Assembly (NCBI GenBank): GCA_958009085.1
Contig: OY253668.1
Coordinates: forward strand, 1,984,001-2,048,000
Direction of reading: 5' to 3'
Length of the DNA stretch: 64,000 nt
Source: Protoeuglena noctilucae
Lineage: Eukaryota
The translations under genes were made by a program, and so were the position numbers. The notes under the pieces were generated by a model, which did no database searches, was not told the origin of the DNA, and saw nothing but the letters and a program-made list of their open reading frames with translations. Below, piece after piece: positions 12,001-25,000 of the stretch. Position 1 is the stretch's first letter; each line of letters starts with the position of its first letter.

Positions 12001-15000
12001 GGTCGAAGATGCTCTGGAAGACCTCGATGTTGGTGGCGACATACTCTGCCAGGAGAGTGGACCGGCCCGCGACGCGTGTGGCATCGACCATCGCCCGTGA
12101 CCCCAGGACCAGCTTGGTGTAGATGGCAAAGAAGAAGAGGTGGATGGCCACGCCCAGGAGCACGAACAGGGGAAGGCGCTTGCTCATCAGAAGCGCGAAC
12201 ATCGACGCGTTGGACATCTCCAGGAGACGGCGGAGGTGCCTGGGGGCGGTGGGTGGGTGGGGTGGCGAAGGGGTTGTGAGGAGCAATGGAGCGGGGGGTA
12301 GGTGTTTGGGGAGCAAGGGAGAGCGGAAGGGGCTGGCTGAGAGAGGGAGGGCGAGGGTGGCAAAGCACGTTGCCGGAGGGTCGCAGAGAGCGCGTGCTTG
12401 CACAAAGCACGATGCCTCATCCGCTGCCATGATGAAGCGCAGCGCTGAGCATATCGTGAGACTCCAAGATGCCGCGTCTCTCTCACCTCAGTCGCTTGGC
12501 TCGCTTGATGTGGGACGTGATGTTGCCGTGGCCCAGCGTGCCCGTGACGCTGCTGAGGGAGACGCTGATGTTGTCTGCGTCGGGCTCGGACGCCGTGTCC
12601 TGTGGCTGCGGGGAGGCAAAGAGCGGTGGGTGTCGCTGTGCTGGGGCTGGGGTGGCATAGGAGGTGCGGATGGGGCTGGGGTGCTAGGTGCGCTGTGTTA
12701 GTAAAACAGGGGAAGGCACCGGCTGCTAGTCACACGCCACCCCAACACCCCACCCTGCCCCACCCCTCGCCTTCTTAGCCTCATCCGCGCTCGCAGCGAC
12801 CGTCTTGGCGTCCTTCCGCGGCGACTTCGGGACGCTGTCCTGCCTCGCCAGCGCGTCGCCGAGGTCATCCCCGCCCCGCTTGCCCTTGCCAGAAACGCCA
12901 GAAATGGGCGGCTTGCCCTCCGCGGCCATCGCGCCCTTGCCGGGCGCCCGCTCGTCGGCAGCGGCGTACTTGCCGCGGCTGGGCTTCTCTGGCTTCTCCG
13001 CATCGTCGCCGTCGATGTCCTTGTCAAAGGCCTGCGATTGATGGCAAAGGCAGAGCACGGGTGGGTGGGGAAGGCGACACACCACGCATGCTGCGAGAGT
13101 GACTCTCACAACTCGTGCTATGAGAGTACAGTAACTCACCACGCGCGCTGCAAAGGACATCTCACCCCTCATGCCGCAAGAATGCAAGAGTGACTCTCAC
13201 CAGCCATCACGCCACCCAACAGCCACTCACCACACGCGCTGCGAAGTTGACCCCCCGCCTCTGGTCCTTGCCGTCCCCCTTCCCCTCCTCCTCCCTCCTC
13301 ATGCTCTCCTTCTGCACTGTGACCGTCTCCTCTCCTTTGGGGAGGCCGCGGCGACCCTCGTCCAAACTAAACATCTGCGACGATTGAGAAAACAAGTGCG
13401 GTCAAGCATTTCACAATCGATGGTCGGTGATGCAGTCGAAGCCATCCGCTCATAGAGGCCGACACCCCATGGCAGCTGAAGTGCGTCACAACCATAGCGG
13501 CAACCATCCCGTTCACGACAACCATCCCAGCCATAACCCCTCTCTGCAACGCATATACATCGCCTCACCAGTGCCTCCAGCCTCCTGAGGCTCTCGACGG
13601 CGTTGTCTGGCTCCTCGAAGAGACCCCGGACGAGGATCTCTGTGTCCAAGCCACCACCCGCCGCACGCCGAGTGCCACCGCTCACCGCCACTGCAGGCGT
13701 GAAGGGCAGCAGATGAGCCACAATGGATTAAAGAGGAATGGGAGAGGACTGACGAGCACAGACGTGGGACACACGGCGATGGAATGGACGGCAGCGACAG
13801 AGCAGATGACGGGTCAGCCAACTAGCAAACATCACGCACGCTTTGTGCACACGCAACCACCCACAGTGCCCACCCTCGCCCAACCTATGCCCACCCATCA
13901 CTCGCCTTGGAAGTTCGATGTGTCGACGTGGTTCATGCGTGCGGGGATGCGAATTTCGCCCCGCTTGAGACGCGCAGAGAGGTCGTCGACCGCCAGCACC
14001 GCGCTGAGGGGTTTGCCCAAGAGGCCGTTGCGCTCCCACCCAGTCAACACCTCCATATTCGCGTCCACTTGCTTGATGGTGCCGTCTCGGCTGGCCGTCA
14101 CGTGTGCCTGGACCCAATTGGCCGACCATATCTGCACCACGTATCCACCCTTGGCGTCCATATCCGCCTTGTCAGCCGCGCTCACGAAGCCCAGCTTGGC
14201 CAGCTCGGGCATGTCGAGGCGCGCGGCCTTGATGGGCGTGACGGAGAACCGAATGGGCACGTAGTCGGGCACGGACTGGCCCTTCCCGATGCACACGAGT
14301 GACGCCCGCAGGGTCATGGCCTGCCCGGTACTCTTGGCCGCAGACAGCTCGGACAGGGCCTGGGAGATGACCACCTCGGGATCCACGCGGCTGTAGAGCT
14401 GCGCGTTCTGCACCAGCGACTGCAGGACGTCCAGGTAACTGCTCAGCTTCTGCCCCACCATCTCGACCGCGCTCAGCCCAAACACGTCGCCCGCCACATC
14501 CGTCTTGCCGAACCCCACGCCCCCCCGCGCGGCCGCGACCGTGCCGTCCGTGCGCACCACCACGCTCATCTTGATCTGATAGTCCTGCAGCTCCGAGAGG
14601 GACAGGATCCCCCAGGGCGCGCTGTCGGCCGGGAGAGGGGCGCCGTGCACAGTCACGACAAACTGCATCGAGTTGCCGTGGCGTTGGGGCCACCACCGGA
14701 GCTGCACGGGCACGGGGACGTGGTTCTTGCCATCCAAGAAGACGGTGTGGCCCTTGAAGCATGGGACGTGGTCGGGGGGCTGCTCGCCGTGCATGACGGC
14801 GGCGCGCAGGAGCGGGGTGTGGAACTGCGGGGGGTGGAAAGGGGGTGGTGGTGGGGTGAGGAGGTGGACATGAGAGGGATGGGGTGTTAGCAGAGGGGTG
14901 CAGAGAGACAATGGTCTGGTGCTTGGCATGCGCCGACCGACCGCGGTAAATGAACCAGCACACCGCACACTGCACAGCTGAGCATAACAGTCATCACCCC

Positions 15001-18000
15001 ACCATACCTGGGCATAGGGCGTTCGGAGTATCTTGTCCAATGACATGCGCTTGAGCTCCAGCACCTCGTCCTCATACCCAAGCATCTTCTGCAGAGATGG
15101 TATGCGGGGGGCTTATAGTGAAGCGAGGCAGGGGCTGCTGGCAAGGGTTGACGGTTGAGGGTGGCAGGGACTGGTGCCAAGGCAGGGATTGGTGGAATGG
15201 CTTGAGGGTGAGTTGAGGCGGGACTGGTGCCGGGGGCCGGAAGGTGGAGCAGCGGGCAGAGCCGACATGTGAGTTCGCAACTACGCTAGTGTGACTGTGC
15301 ATCATCGTGACTCGCCTGGAGGCACCGGTTGACGTAGAGGAGGTGTCCGTTGACGTCAAACACCATGACCCCCTCCACCTCCCTCTCAGGCGTCATCTCC
15401 ACCTCCAGCAGCTGCCCGTCACCCATGCCGACCTTGCGGGCTGCGAGGGAAAAACACGTGTGATTTAAATGGCGTGCACTCATCCCGATCATTCGCATCG
15501 ACTAACTGATACAACCGGGACAAGGGAATGGCTCATCACATAGCCGCCCCTGCAAGTCATCCCTGCACTCCACCACAGGGCCAGCCACCCCACTGCCACC
15601 CCGCAGCCACACCCCTGCACCAACACCATCCCCGCCCCCTCACCCCGGCAGTGCACGGGAATAATGTCCCGGGAATATTTGTGCCGGAACGCCTCGCTCA
15701 GATCCACCACGGGCTCATCGTCCTCGTCTTTCGCGTCATACTGCCCCGCCACGCCCATCATCTCCACGTCCGTCAGGCCCTCGGGGGTGCTGTCTGCCAT
15801 CGAAAAGAGCTTCTCGTGAGCCTCTTGTAAGAGATCCATCCACCGGTTGCCCGGCTGCCCCACCACCGACATGTCCTTGCCCTGGAAGTCGAGCGTGTTG
15901 TAACCTGGGTGTGATGAAAAAGAGACGAGGGGATGTCAGATTCGCACATGCCGAGAGCTGGGACTGACTGGGTGGGTATCAGTGCTTGGTTTGGTTTGGA
16001 TGCGTGGAGAGGTGCGATCGTGGGCGTCTTGACGGATGCTAGCAAGTCGATGGCTGCTGGCGATGAGCAATGGCTTTCGGCAGAGGGAGAGGTACTAAGC
16101 ACCCAGCAGGACCAGTCACCCACTCTCTCACACGCACCTACATCCCCGATCTCTCTCTCAAGTGACCCACACCAAGTCACCCACTCACCCGTGACGGCAG
16201 TGAACGCCTTGTTCACACATAACACCGCATTGGTCGCATCCACCCACACAACCATCACTCACCCGTGACGGCGGTGAATGCCTTGTTGACGCACAACACC
16301 GAATTGGTCGCATCAACCCACACCAACATGCGCCCCTCGGGTCCCCCCGTCTCATCCTCCTCCAGTGGGTGGATAACACCGATGTAGCTGTTGCCCTCCG
16401 TTCCCTGGTTGAGCTTGGTCACTTTCAGGCTAATGGGGATCACGGTGCGGTCCCGGCGCATCGCAAGCACCTTCGTCGTGTTGCCCACAATGTGGCCCCT
16501 GGGAGGGGGTATGAATGCAGGGGTTGGTCATGCATACAACTTGGGGGTGCGGGGGAGTGGGTCTGTTACAAGCGGGAATGTCAACATCGTTGGTGTGGGA
16601 CGTTGCAAGCGTGGGATACAGCAAGCATGGTAGATAGTAACCACCCAACATAGCGAACACATAACATTGCTGTGTCTCACCTCCCCGTGGCCTTGTAAGC
16701 GCGCAGGTAGGCGTTGTGCTTGGTGCTGAAGGGGGGTGGCATGAGGACGCTGACATTCAAACCCTCGAGCTCCCCCGCACGGTAGTCGAGCATCTGGTTG
16801 AGCACTGCGGGTTGATATATATACAAATTGGGATGTTAACGAGTTATCAACACCATTGGGTTGATAAGAGATGGGGCGGCGTGACCGGGTGGGATGTGAC
16901 GGGCATGGTATTGAGGTGTGGCGGGGGGCACATGGCAGGCACGCAAGGGGAGGTGACCAACATTTACAGGCCTGCTCGCGATGCGCATGCGTGTTATGGC
17001 ATCTTCTCACGTTTGTTGGTCATCTGTATGATGCCCGTCTCTGTGATGCACACGATGCCGTCGTGGCCGTCATCCACGGTCGCGGACAGATCCTCGCCAC
17101 CGTTCTCCACTGCGAATGGGAAGATTGGAACTCAAATGTTCGGCATTACTATATACCAGTCGGCTGCGATGATGCAATCATATTGGCTGTCGTCATGACC
17201 ACCCAGTGGCCTCTCCCTCACCTGCCGCCGCCAGCAGGTGGTCCCTCTTGCGCTCCTCCGCCATGTCCTCGGTCTTATCAGCGAGGTTGAACAGTCGCAG
17301 GGCTTTCCAGGGATTGCAGATGACCTCTTCCACGAACTTGCCATACGACCGGAGCAGCTTGACGTTGGAGGGGTAGCGCTCGAGCATGATGCTGCGAGAG
17401 GGCGTGGGGTGGGGGGAGAGGGGGTGAGCGGAAGTGGGGTGATGGCGGGGGGTGCTGGTGGTGCGTCACGGCGCTAACGTTAGGTTAAATGCTGCTACTC
17501 TGTAACGCTAACCAGTGGTCACGATAAGCGCAGTTAAAACGCTCGCCAGTCGCCACAGCTCCTGCACCCGTGCTCCCCTCACCTCTCATCCACAGCCACA
17601 GCCACACCCACCACACCAGTGCATCTCTCACCGGTACAGCTTCGGCTATACATCCATGCCTCTCACATCCATACCTCCCCACTGCCTTACCTGTACAGCT
17701 TCTGCTCTCACACCCATGCTGCTCTTACACCCATGCCCCCCTCATCTCTCACCAACAGCCACACCCACCGCACCACTGCTTCTCTCACCGGTACAGCTTC
17801 TGCGTGGCCAGCTCCACGATCTGGATCTTCCTCAGCCCCCCCGAGATGGACCGGAAGTTCTTGTCCTTGCGCATCAGCAGCTGCCAGAAATGGTGCGTGA
17901 CCTGGATCGACGCCTGGTGACTCTGCTGCGCCGCGCGGAAGCTCTGCTGGAACTCCATGAAGGACATCAGGTCCATGGCGCCGTCTGCAACGGTGGAAGT

Positions 18001-21000
18001 AGAAGTGTTATTGTATTGTGTGTTATGTGTCACACTCCATGAAGTGTCCTTCATGGACATCAAAACCATGGCGCCGTCTGCAATAGTAAAAATAGATGTG
18101 TTATAGTGTGTCACATGTCACAGTGTCACAGTGCGTGAAGGACATATGGTCCACGGCACCGTCTGCGGGAGTGAGTAGGGGTAAGGGGTGTTATGGGGTG
18201 TCAGGCACGGGTGGAGGAGTGAGGGCGACTCAGTGCATGGTATGAGCCAACCTACTTGCATGACAGGAGAAGCACACCACAATGCATGATATAAAGGACC
18301 TAAGCACGCGCACTTGCTGCAGCAGCCGCCGCTATCACCTCCCCCGCCGTCCCCATCCCCATCCCTCTCCCCGCTCACCCGACCCGTATCCCTGTGTCTG
18401 CACGAAGGCCTTGTGGTCCCTGTCGATCCAGAAGTACATCATGCGAAGGTTGATGTTCATGGGCATCTTGGCAGCGCGAAGAATCTGGGAGAGGGCGCCG
18501 GGGTTGTCGCGGCGCACGCTCCTGGGGAGGAGGAGGGGAGAGGAGAGGGGGTGAGATGGTGTGGCACACGGTGCCCATCGAAGCAGCTCCGATTCATCAA
18601 TGCAGCGCTGCTGTCTGCAGCGCGCATGCCGCGTCTGCAGCGCCGTGCTCCCTGTGTCGGCGCCACGCTCGGTTATAAGCATACCCGAGGCTGACCCTAC
18701 ACGCACGGTCTGCCCAACGACCACGTGTGCCCAGCTCACAACTCGCCTGAGGAAGTTGGCGTGCTGCAGGACCAGCAGCGCATTGTCGGGGAATCGACTC
18801 ATGGCGTACTTGAGCACAGCCTCCGCGGACGCCTGCAGCGACTCGTCGTAATTGCCGAAGCGGTCCTGGATCCTAGCACAGCGGCTGCAGATCTGCGGGG
18901 ATGCGGCGGCGGCGAGGGACGCGTCAAGGAGTCGTGGAGATGCGCTGAAAGAAGCAGCGACTGGAATGTAGACAGGCAGACAGGTGAGCTGGGAGCAAGT
19001 AGCGTGTCGCGATAGCTGCAGAGCAAGAGCTGGGAGCAAGGAGCTAGTCGCGATGGCATGGCCGCGGCTCAGCCCAGCAGGCCAGCACAACAGGCAGTGG
19101 GCAGTGCCTAGCTCCACTCCTCGCCTCTGCTTGGGTCGGGCTCGTGATGGCCCGCCATTTGCCGTCCAGGTCACCCCCGCGCTCCATGCTGGCCAGACGC
19201 ATGCTGGCGTTGCGCGTGGCCGTCTCCCCTCCCATCTTGCTCACGAACTTGCGCCGCTGGTCGGACTGCGGGGGCACCCAAGGGGACAATCACCATGATG
19301 CTAGCTGTGCTGCATCACGCTCACGCTGCTCCTGCCAGTGGGGCAGGCATGCATGCACATGCATGCGACCGTGCAGCATCATGTGAGAACCACCAGGGCG
19401 TCCCAGCACGCTAGCAATGTAGCATGGATGTACATAGATAGATCGCTTTTGTCTCCTCAAAGTCACCTGGATGTTTATGTACAAATGCCCTCGTCTCCTG
19501 AAAGTCACCTGGATGTACATGACGAGGTATCCCAGGACGGCACCCACGACCACCACCGAAGCCCAGAGGATGGGGGCACTGCCGGGAGACAGGCTCTTAG
19601 TGCCAATGGCGATGAGGAGAAGGCCGGTGGCCACCAAGACGGTGTGGATGGCCGCGACTGCGCAGTTCACGTGGCGCCTGGGAGGGGTGGTGGTGGTGGG
19701 GGGACGTGCAGGGGCGTGGGGATGTGCACGGACGGGGCACATGCAGAGGCGAGGCACATGCAGGCGCATGCATGGCACATGCAGGCACAAGCGGGGCCAT
19801 GGTGATGGAATGCTTGATAAAACTCCTCAGTCCAGTCTCACCTGTAGAAGGGCTCCGTGCGCAGCGTGTCATACAGAGCCTTGGACGACAGCACCGCGAC
19901 GAAGATCCCAGCGATGTACGGCTGCTTGCGGAACACGAGGGGCACAACGGCCAGGGCCGAACCCAGGACGGTCCATTTCGTGGCCCAGCGGCTACTGCGG
20001 CGCGGGGAGAGCAACGGGGCTGATGGGCGTGTGGCCACGGCTGGTCTGCGTCGTCACTGGTGAAGGTCGCGTCATCGATGGCTTGTTGCCTTGGCCGGGA
20101 AGCCGTATGCCAACGGTGTGTCCGTGGCCTTCCATGCATTTCTCTCACTTGGGGGTCGCGAGGAGATTTGATGCGAGGATGTTGGGGTCAAAGTCGGCGA
20201 GGCTGTTGGCGAGGGCGAGGGCGATGAGCAGCGGCAGGGTGGCCAGCGCGACGACGGAGAGGACGGTGCCGTGACCTGCGGAGCGACGGCGCAAACGGCG
20301 TCCCGTCCGGCCATGTCTGCGGCGGATCTCTTACGCACGTGCTACCCCAATGCAGCATTGGAGTGAGAGCGCGTGCGGCAACCTATCTACGGCGCAGTCT
20401 GAGGCGGCTATCTGCACGCGTGTTCGCGCAGCGCATCACCTGAGTAACAGAGCTGATCAGGGAACACCTTGTTGTAGGCCTGGCGGTGCTGGATGTGCGC
20501 GTTGATGACGTCGCAGGACACCGCACTGCGGGGGCGGCGCCACCTCCGCGTAAGCGTCGCGATGGAGGCGATGGAGCGCACTTTCTGCTATATCTCAAGC
20601 AAACGCTTACCTGGACGCGAGCGCGACGATCGGCAGGAAGAAGAGCTCGATAACAAGGGCCCTGCGGCGATTGCGTGCTGCCGCGCGGTCACCACGACGC
20701 GGCGACATGGCAGCAACATGCACGGACACGTTATGGTACGCAAGCCGCTGACCTGAGCAGCCCCGCGACGAAGATCACGGGTCCCCATGGCTGCGACTGC
20801 TTGGCGAACGTGTAGCCGATGTAGCAGACGACAGCGGTGAGGAGGCCGACCAGGCCCAGGGCAGCGAAGAGCAGGTAACCGAACGTACTGCGGAGGCGAG
20901 CAAGGTGGCGGAAATTGATCGTGCAGCCGCGAGGGAGCGCGACAAGAAGCAATTGCATAGGCTTCAGGGCTCCTCACGAGTAGCCGATCCTCTGCAGGAC

Positions 21001-21528
21001 GTACGAGACATCGATCCACTTGATGTTGCCCAGGGAGGAGACGCCGTTGGCCTCGTCAAAGTGCCAGGGGAACTGCGTCAGGGGAGGCAGGGTCAGGGTT
21101 GCAGCACGTTCGACGGCGTAGGGCTGGGAAGGATAACCGGCAGGGCCTTCCAAAGCACCTGAGGTCCCATCAGCAGCCCCAGCAGGGTGAGGTGGGGGAT
21201 GATGAGCACGAACACGGAGTACTGCGAGGGGAGAGGCCGCGGCGACTGAGACCTGCCTGGGAACAGCAAACTCAAGCAAGGCACAGCATTAAGCACACGC
21301 TTGTGCTGGATTCTGCCAGCGTCTCGCCTTCCAGGACGACGTGTAGCGGGCGGTCCTGAGCGAGTACAGGACGCGGAACATCGTGTCTTGCACGCCCCGG
21401 TCCTTGCCGAGGAGCTGCGTGATGTTCTCGTCCGAAAGCATGATCCCGTCGGTGGCGCTCGTCTCTCCGCCGAGAGAGGCGCCCGACGCGGACGCCCCGC
21501 TCATCGCCACGGAGCCCTCGCCGTCCAT
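9067..21528 (-). CDS. TmcB-like / FixL-like (FXL) multi-PAS membrane protein, paralog A; roughly 30 exons
   Basis: N-terminal hydrophobic helices, then YRxMLERYPSNVKLLRSYGKFVEEV (TmcB/C-type helical region). FixL-type PAS GLNVSVLMPPPFSTKHNAYLRAYKATGRGHIVGNTTKVLAMRRDRT, further PAS repeats, and C-terminal TM segments ending MLAMLPSAMNVEAMV. I see no kinase domain. Confidence 0.85.
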
Positions 21529-21686
21529 TCCTCAAGGAGACCAGAGAGGCCGCAGCAAGCGGGACGATGGGAGGCTATGCGAAGCAAATGAGGATCTCTG
21601 CGGGGACGTATGAATCGAAATCGATTAGATTGATCGTCGCATTGTGACCGGGCGGACCGCAGAGCGCGCAGATGCGCCTTGAAGTC

Positions 21687-21918
21687 GTTGGGGTCAATGC
21701 GCCAACCCCTGGCGTCGCGTCATCCATTCGCTGGCGCATGCGAGCGATTCATTCGATCCCAACGACACCGCGCAGTCTCCCGGCCCGCGAACCCCGCAGG
21801 CGCCGAGGCGGGGTTCGCGGGCCGGGAGACTGCGCGGTGTCGTTGGGATCGAATGAATCGCTCGCACGCGCCAGCGAATGGATGACGCGACGCCAGGGGT
21901 TGGCGCATTGACCCCAAC
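21687..21918. repeat. Long inverted repeat: 111-bp arms (21687-21797, 21808-21918), 10-nt spacer, one mismatch
   Basis: GTTGGGGTCAATGCGCCAACCCC...AACCCCGC aggcgccgag GCGGGGTT...GGGGTTGGCGCATTGACCCCAAC. Base-by-base comparison shows a single mismatch (left CGCATGCG vs right-arm reverse complement CGCGTGCG). Confidence 0.98.
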
Positions 21919-22013
21919 TGCCCCCCAAATCCATCTCGCCCGCCTCAGGACTCCGTTGCCACTTCTCCAGCTCTGCATACGACTGCTGTGACTAAATTGC
22001 GTTCGAGGAAACG

Positions 22014-25000
22014 ATGACGGACGCTGGATCGGTGTCGGGCCACTCGCAAGGGACGTCCTCCTTCGACGTCAGGCGAGCTCCACATCAAGCCATGCCGTGC
22101 GCCCTCCTGCCCATGACTCAAACCGCGCTTCGCCAATCGGCGCCTCCTTGTCCTCTCCTCGCAGCTCGGTCGGCAGCGGGTCCCATGGGTCGGGCCTCGG
22201 CGCGTCGTCCGTGGCCGGCCTGTCCAACGCGGACGCCACGGGCAACGGCCTCAGCACCCGAACGTCCCTGGGTGACCACATATTCAGTTACACGAGCGCC
22301 ACGACGCGCTTCGCCTTTGAGTTCTCCTGGAAGCTCCAGGCCCTCATCTTCGCGTACCAGCACTTCATCCTGTTCGTGTACGCCCTGCACCCCATCTGGG
22401 GCTTCGACATCCACTGGAGCGGCACGCTGGGCCGCTGGGCTTTGCGTCTGCAGGGCCACGGATGGGCCATGATGTACGGCGGCGTCACGGTGCTGGTGAG
22501 CGGCCGAGTGTACGTCCACCATCGTGACACGCGCGGGGTAGCCAGGTGGTCCCCAGCCGCATAGCTGCATGCCGAAGTCGCTTTTTGTGCGTTTCCGTGT
22601 CGCAGGATGGCCTGGTGCTCTGCGCGGTCGCCCTCACCTGCACGCACGCCGCCCTGGCCACCCACCTGTGGTTCGTCGGTCGGCGCAACAAGGCCAGCTT
22701 CTACGGCGAGACGCAGGCAGTCCGCTTCCTCGAAGTCGTCTTCTTCAAGCTGCTCGGGTGCGTGCTCATGGAAAAGACCCGACAGCTGAGCGCCACCAGG
22801 GGTTACGCCAATTGCCTTGCTGCACCTGTGCCTGGACCGCATATCTGCATGCCCAGGAGGCCAGGACCCCTCACGTTGCCCATAACCCAGTGCATTTCAA
22901 TCGCAGGATCCCCGTGCTGGGCGTGATGCTCGCGCCGCTGACGTGCGACTGGTCGGGCAACATCACGGGCATCGCTGGCAGGAACCTCTTCGTGCGGGAC
23001 CTGGCGTGCTCGGACCCACGCCTGAGCATCCTCGGATGCGTCGCGCTCGTCGTGGCGCTCCTCGTCCACATCCCCCTGTACCTCATCGTCCACCTCAAGG
23101 AGTGCGAGCTCAACCCCATCACCGTGCTGCCCCTCCCCTCGGGGTCCTTCCTGGCTGGCCTGCGCATCCAGTCCCTCCTCGTCGCATCCCTGGTGACAAT
23201 GCTTGCGTCTTGTCGCTCCCATTGCAGCCATCGCGCCCGTCCCTACGCCCCACACGTGCGATGGCCCCTCGCATCGCTCCGCGTAACGCGACTGTTCCAT
23301 ACCCTCTCCTCCCCCGCAGGTCATCCTCCACCTCCTCGTCGGCGTGCACGCCACGCTCGCGGGTACCCTCATCTCGCTCCTGTGGGTGTGGATCGCCTAC
23401 ATCCACCTCGTGCGCATGCCCTTCATCGGACACCTCCACTGCGCCTTCCGCAACGGCGTCGCAGCCTCCCTCTGCTGGATCTTCATCATGGCCACCGCGC
23501 AGACCACGGGCACGCAGGCCACCGTCGTGGCTGCGGCCGGGGCGCCGCTGGCATTTGTCGCGGTGGCGGGCCTCTCGTTGCTGCGTGCCCGGTGGGCGTA
23601 CAAGGTTTCGGAGAGGTTCTTCGGCCTCAAGGCCACCTTGGCGGCCAGCGCCAAGCGAGTCCACAAGTTCTGGGACTGCGAGGAGCCTGAGGTGAGGGAC
23701 GCAGCGGCAGCCCGCGTGAATGGGGAGTCTGCTCTGAGCGTGGGCGCAGCTCCGAGATCACGACATGGATGGAATGCTAGCGGCAACCTCCGCCCTTTCT
23801 CGCAGATGCTGGTGCGGATGATCAGGCGCGGCAACCAGCAGCTCGCGCCGGAGATCATCCAGGGCTGCGGCATCGCCATCGTGCACGCGGGGACGCACTT
23901 CGTCGACTCGCCTCAGGTCGTCATGGCGCTCGCGGCATTGCAAGCTTTCCTCGAGAACGACATTCACGCGGCCAACTCCTCCGTCCAGAAGGCCCGGGGG
24001 ATGACGCTGAGCCTGGTGCGTCGGTGCCGGAAACATACACTCGAAACTTCGCGTGAGATCGTCGGAAATCCCCCGCATCGGCACGGGTGGAATTTTTGGA
24101 TCAAAAGATACTCCTGTGTGTGCAGCCTCTGCGCATCGCGGTCCTCACGCTCGAGAAGGAGCTCCGCAAGCGCAAAAACGCCGAGAACGGCGACAGCCTC
24201 GACTGGGCGTCCTACGTCGACCTGCAGAACAGCCTCAAGATCCTGCTGCAGACCCACAGGTGAGCGGCGCCTGGCTCTCGACCTGTGCAGCGCTGGCAGT
24301 CTGCAGCGCAGGCAGGGCCAGCCAACAATTCTTGCCCCTCTGCCGCAGGAAGGCGGTGCAGGCGTCGCGCGATAGCTGGAAGGTGATCATCAAGCACGAT
24401 GTCGGGCTGGACGACGTCATCAAAGCCATCCGCCGCATCGAGCGCGCCGACTGGGTCGCCAACGAGGCCTACCGCTCCATGCTCGAGCGACACCCCCGCA
24501 ACAGCAAGCTCCTCCAGGTGCGCAGTGCAGCTGCGTGCGTGTGCCATCCCGCAGCCACCTCCGATCCTGTCATTGAACCTATCACACTGACTCACCGGTT
24601 GACGTCAGTCCACGTCGCACGTCGCTCCCGGTCCCAGCCCCATGGGCCCCGTGCTCCCTTCCATTCCCCCGCAGATGTATGCCAAGTTCCTGGAGGAGGT
24701 GCAGGCGAACACGGGCCTGGCCCACCAGTACTACCAGGAGGCGGAGAAGCTCGAGGACTCTGCTGCAGCGAAAGGCGAGGCAAACGACGGGGAGGACCTC
24801 GAGTCCGGCGCAGCTGCGGGGACGACGAGCATCGACGAGCATCGAGACGCGGTGGTGGTTATCAACACCGAGGGCGTCATCACCTTCACCAACTCGCACC
24901 TGTGCAAGATCTTCGGGTGAGAGCGAGGCAGGGGTCGGGGGACCGTTGCTGCTCAAGATGGGTTAGAAGCTGAGCGAGGTGCTGGCAGCAGTGGTGACTG

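Noticed and set aside
21687..21918. Palindrome as a CRISPR array, or as coding sequence (mirror ORFs 21672-21978)
   Set aside because: It is a single inverted repeat with no repeat-spacer periodicity. The mirror-image ORFs are a by-product of the symmetry.
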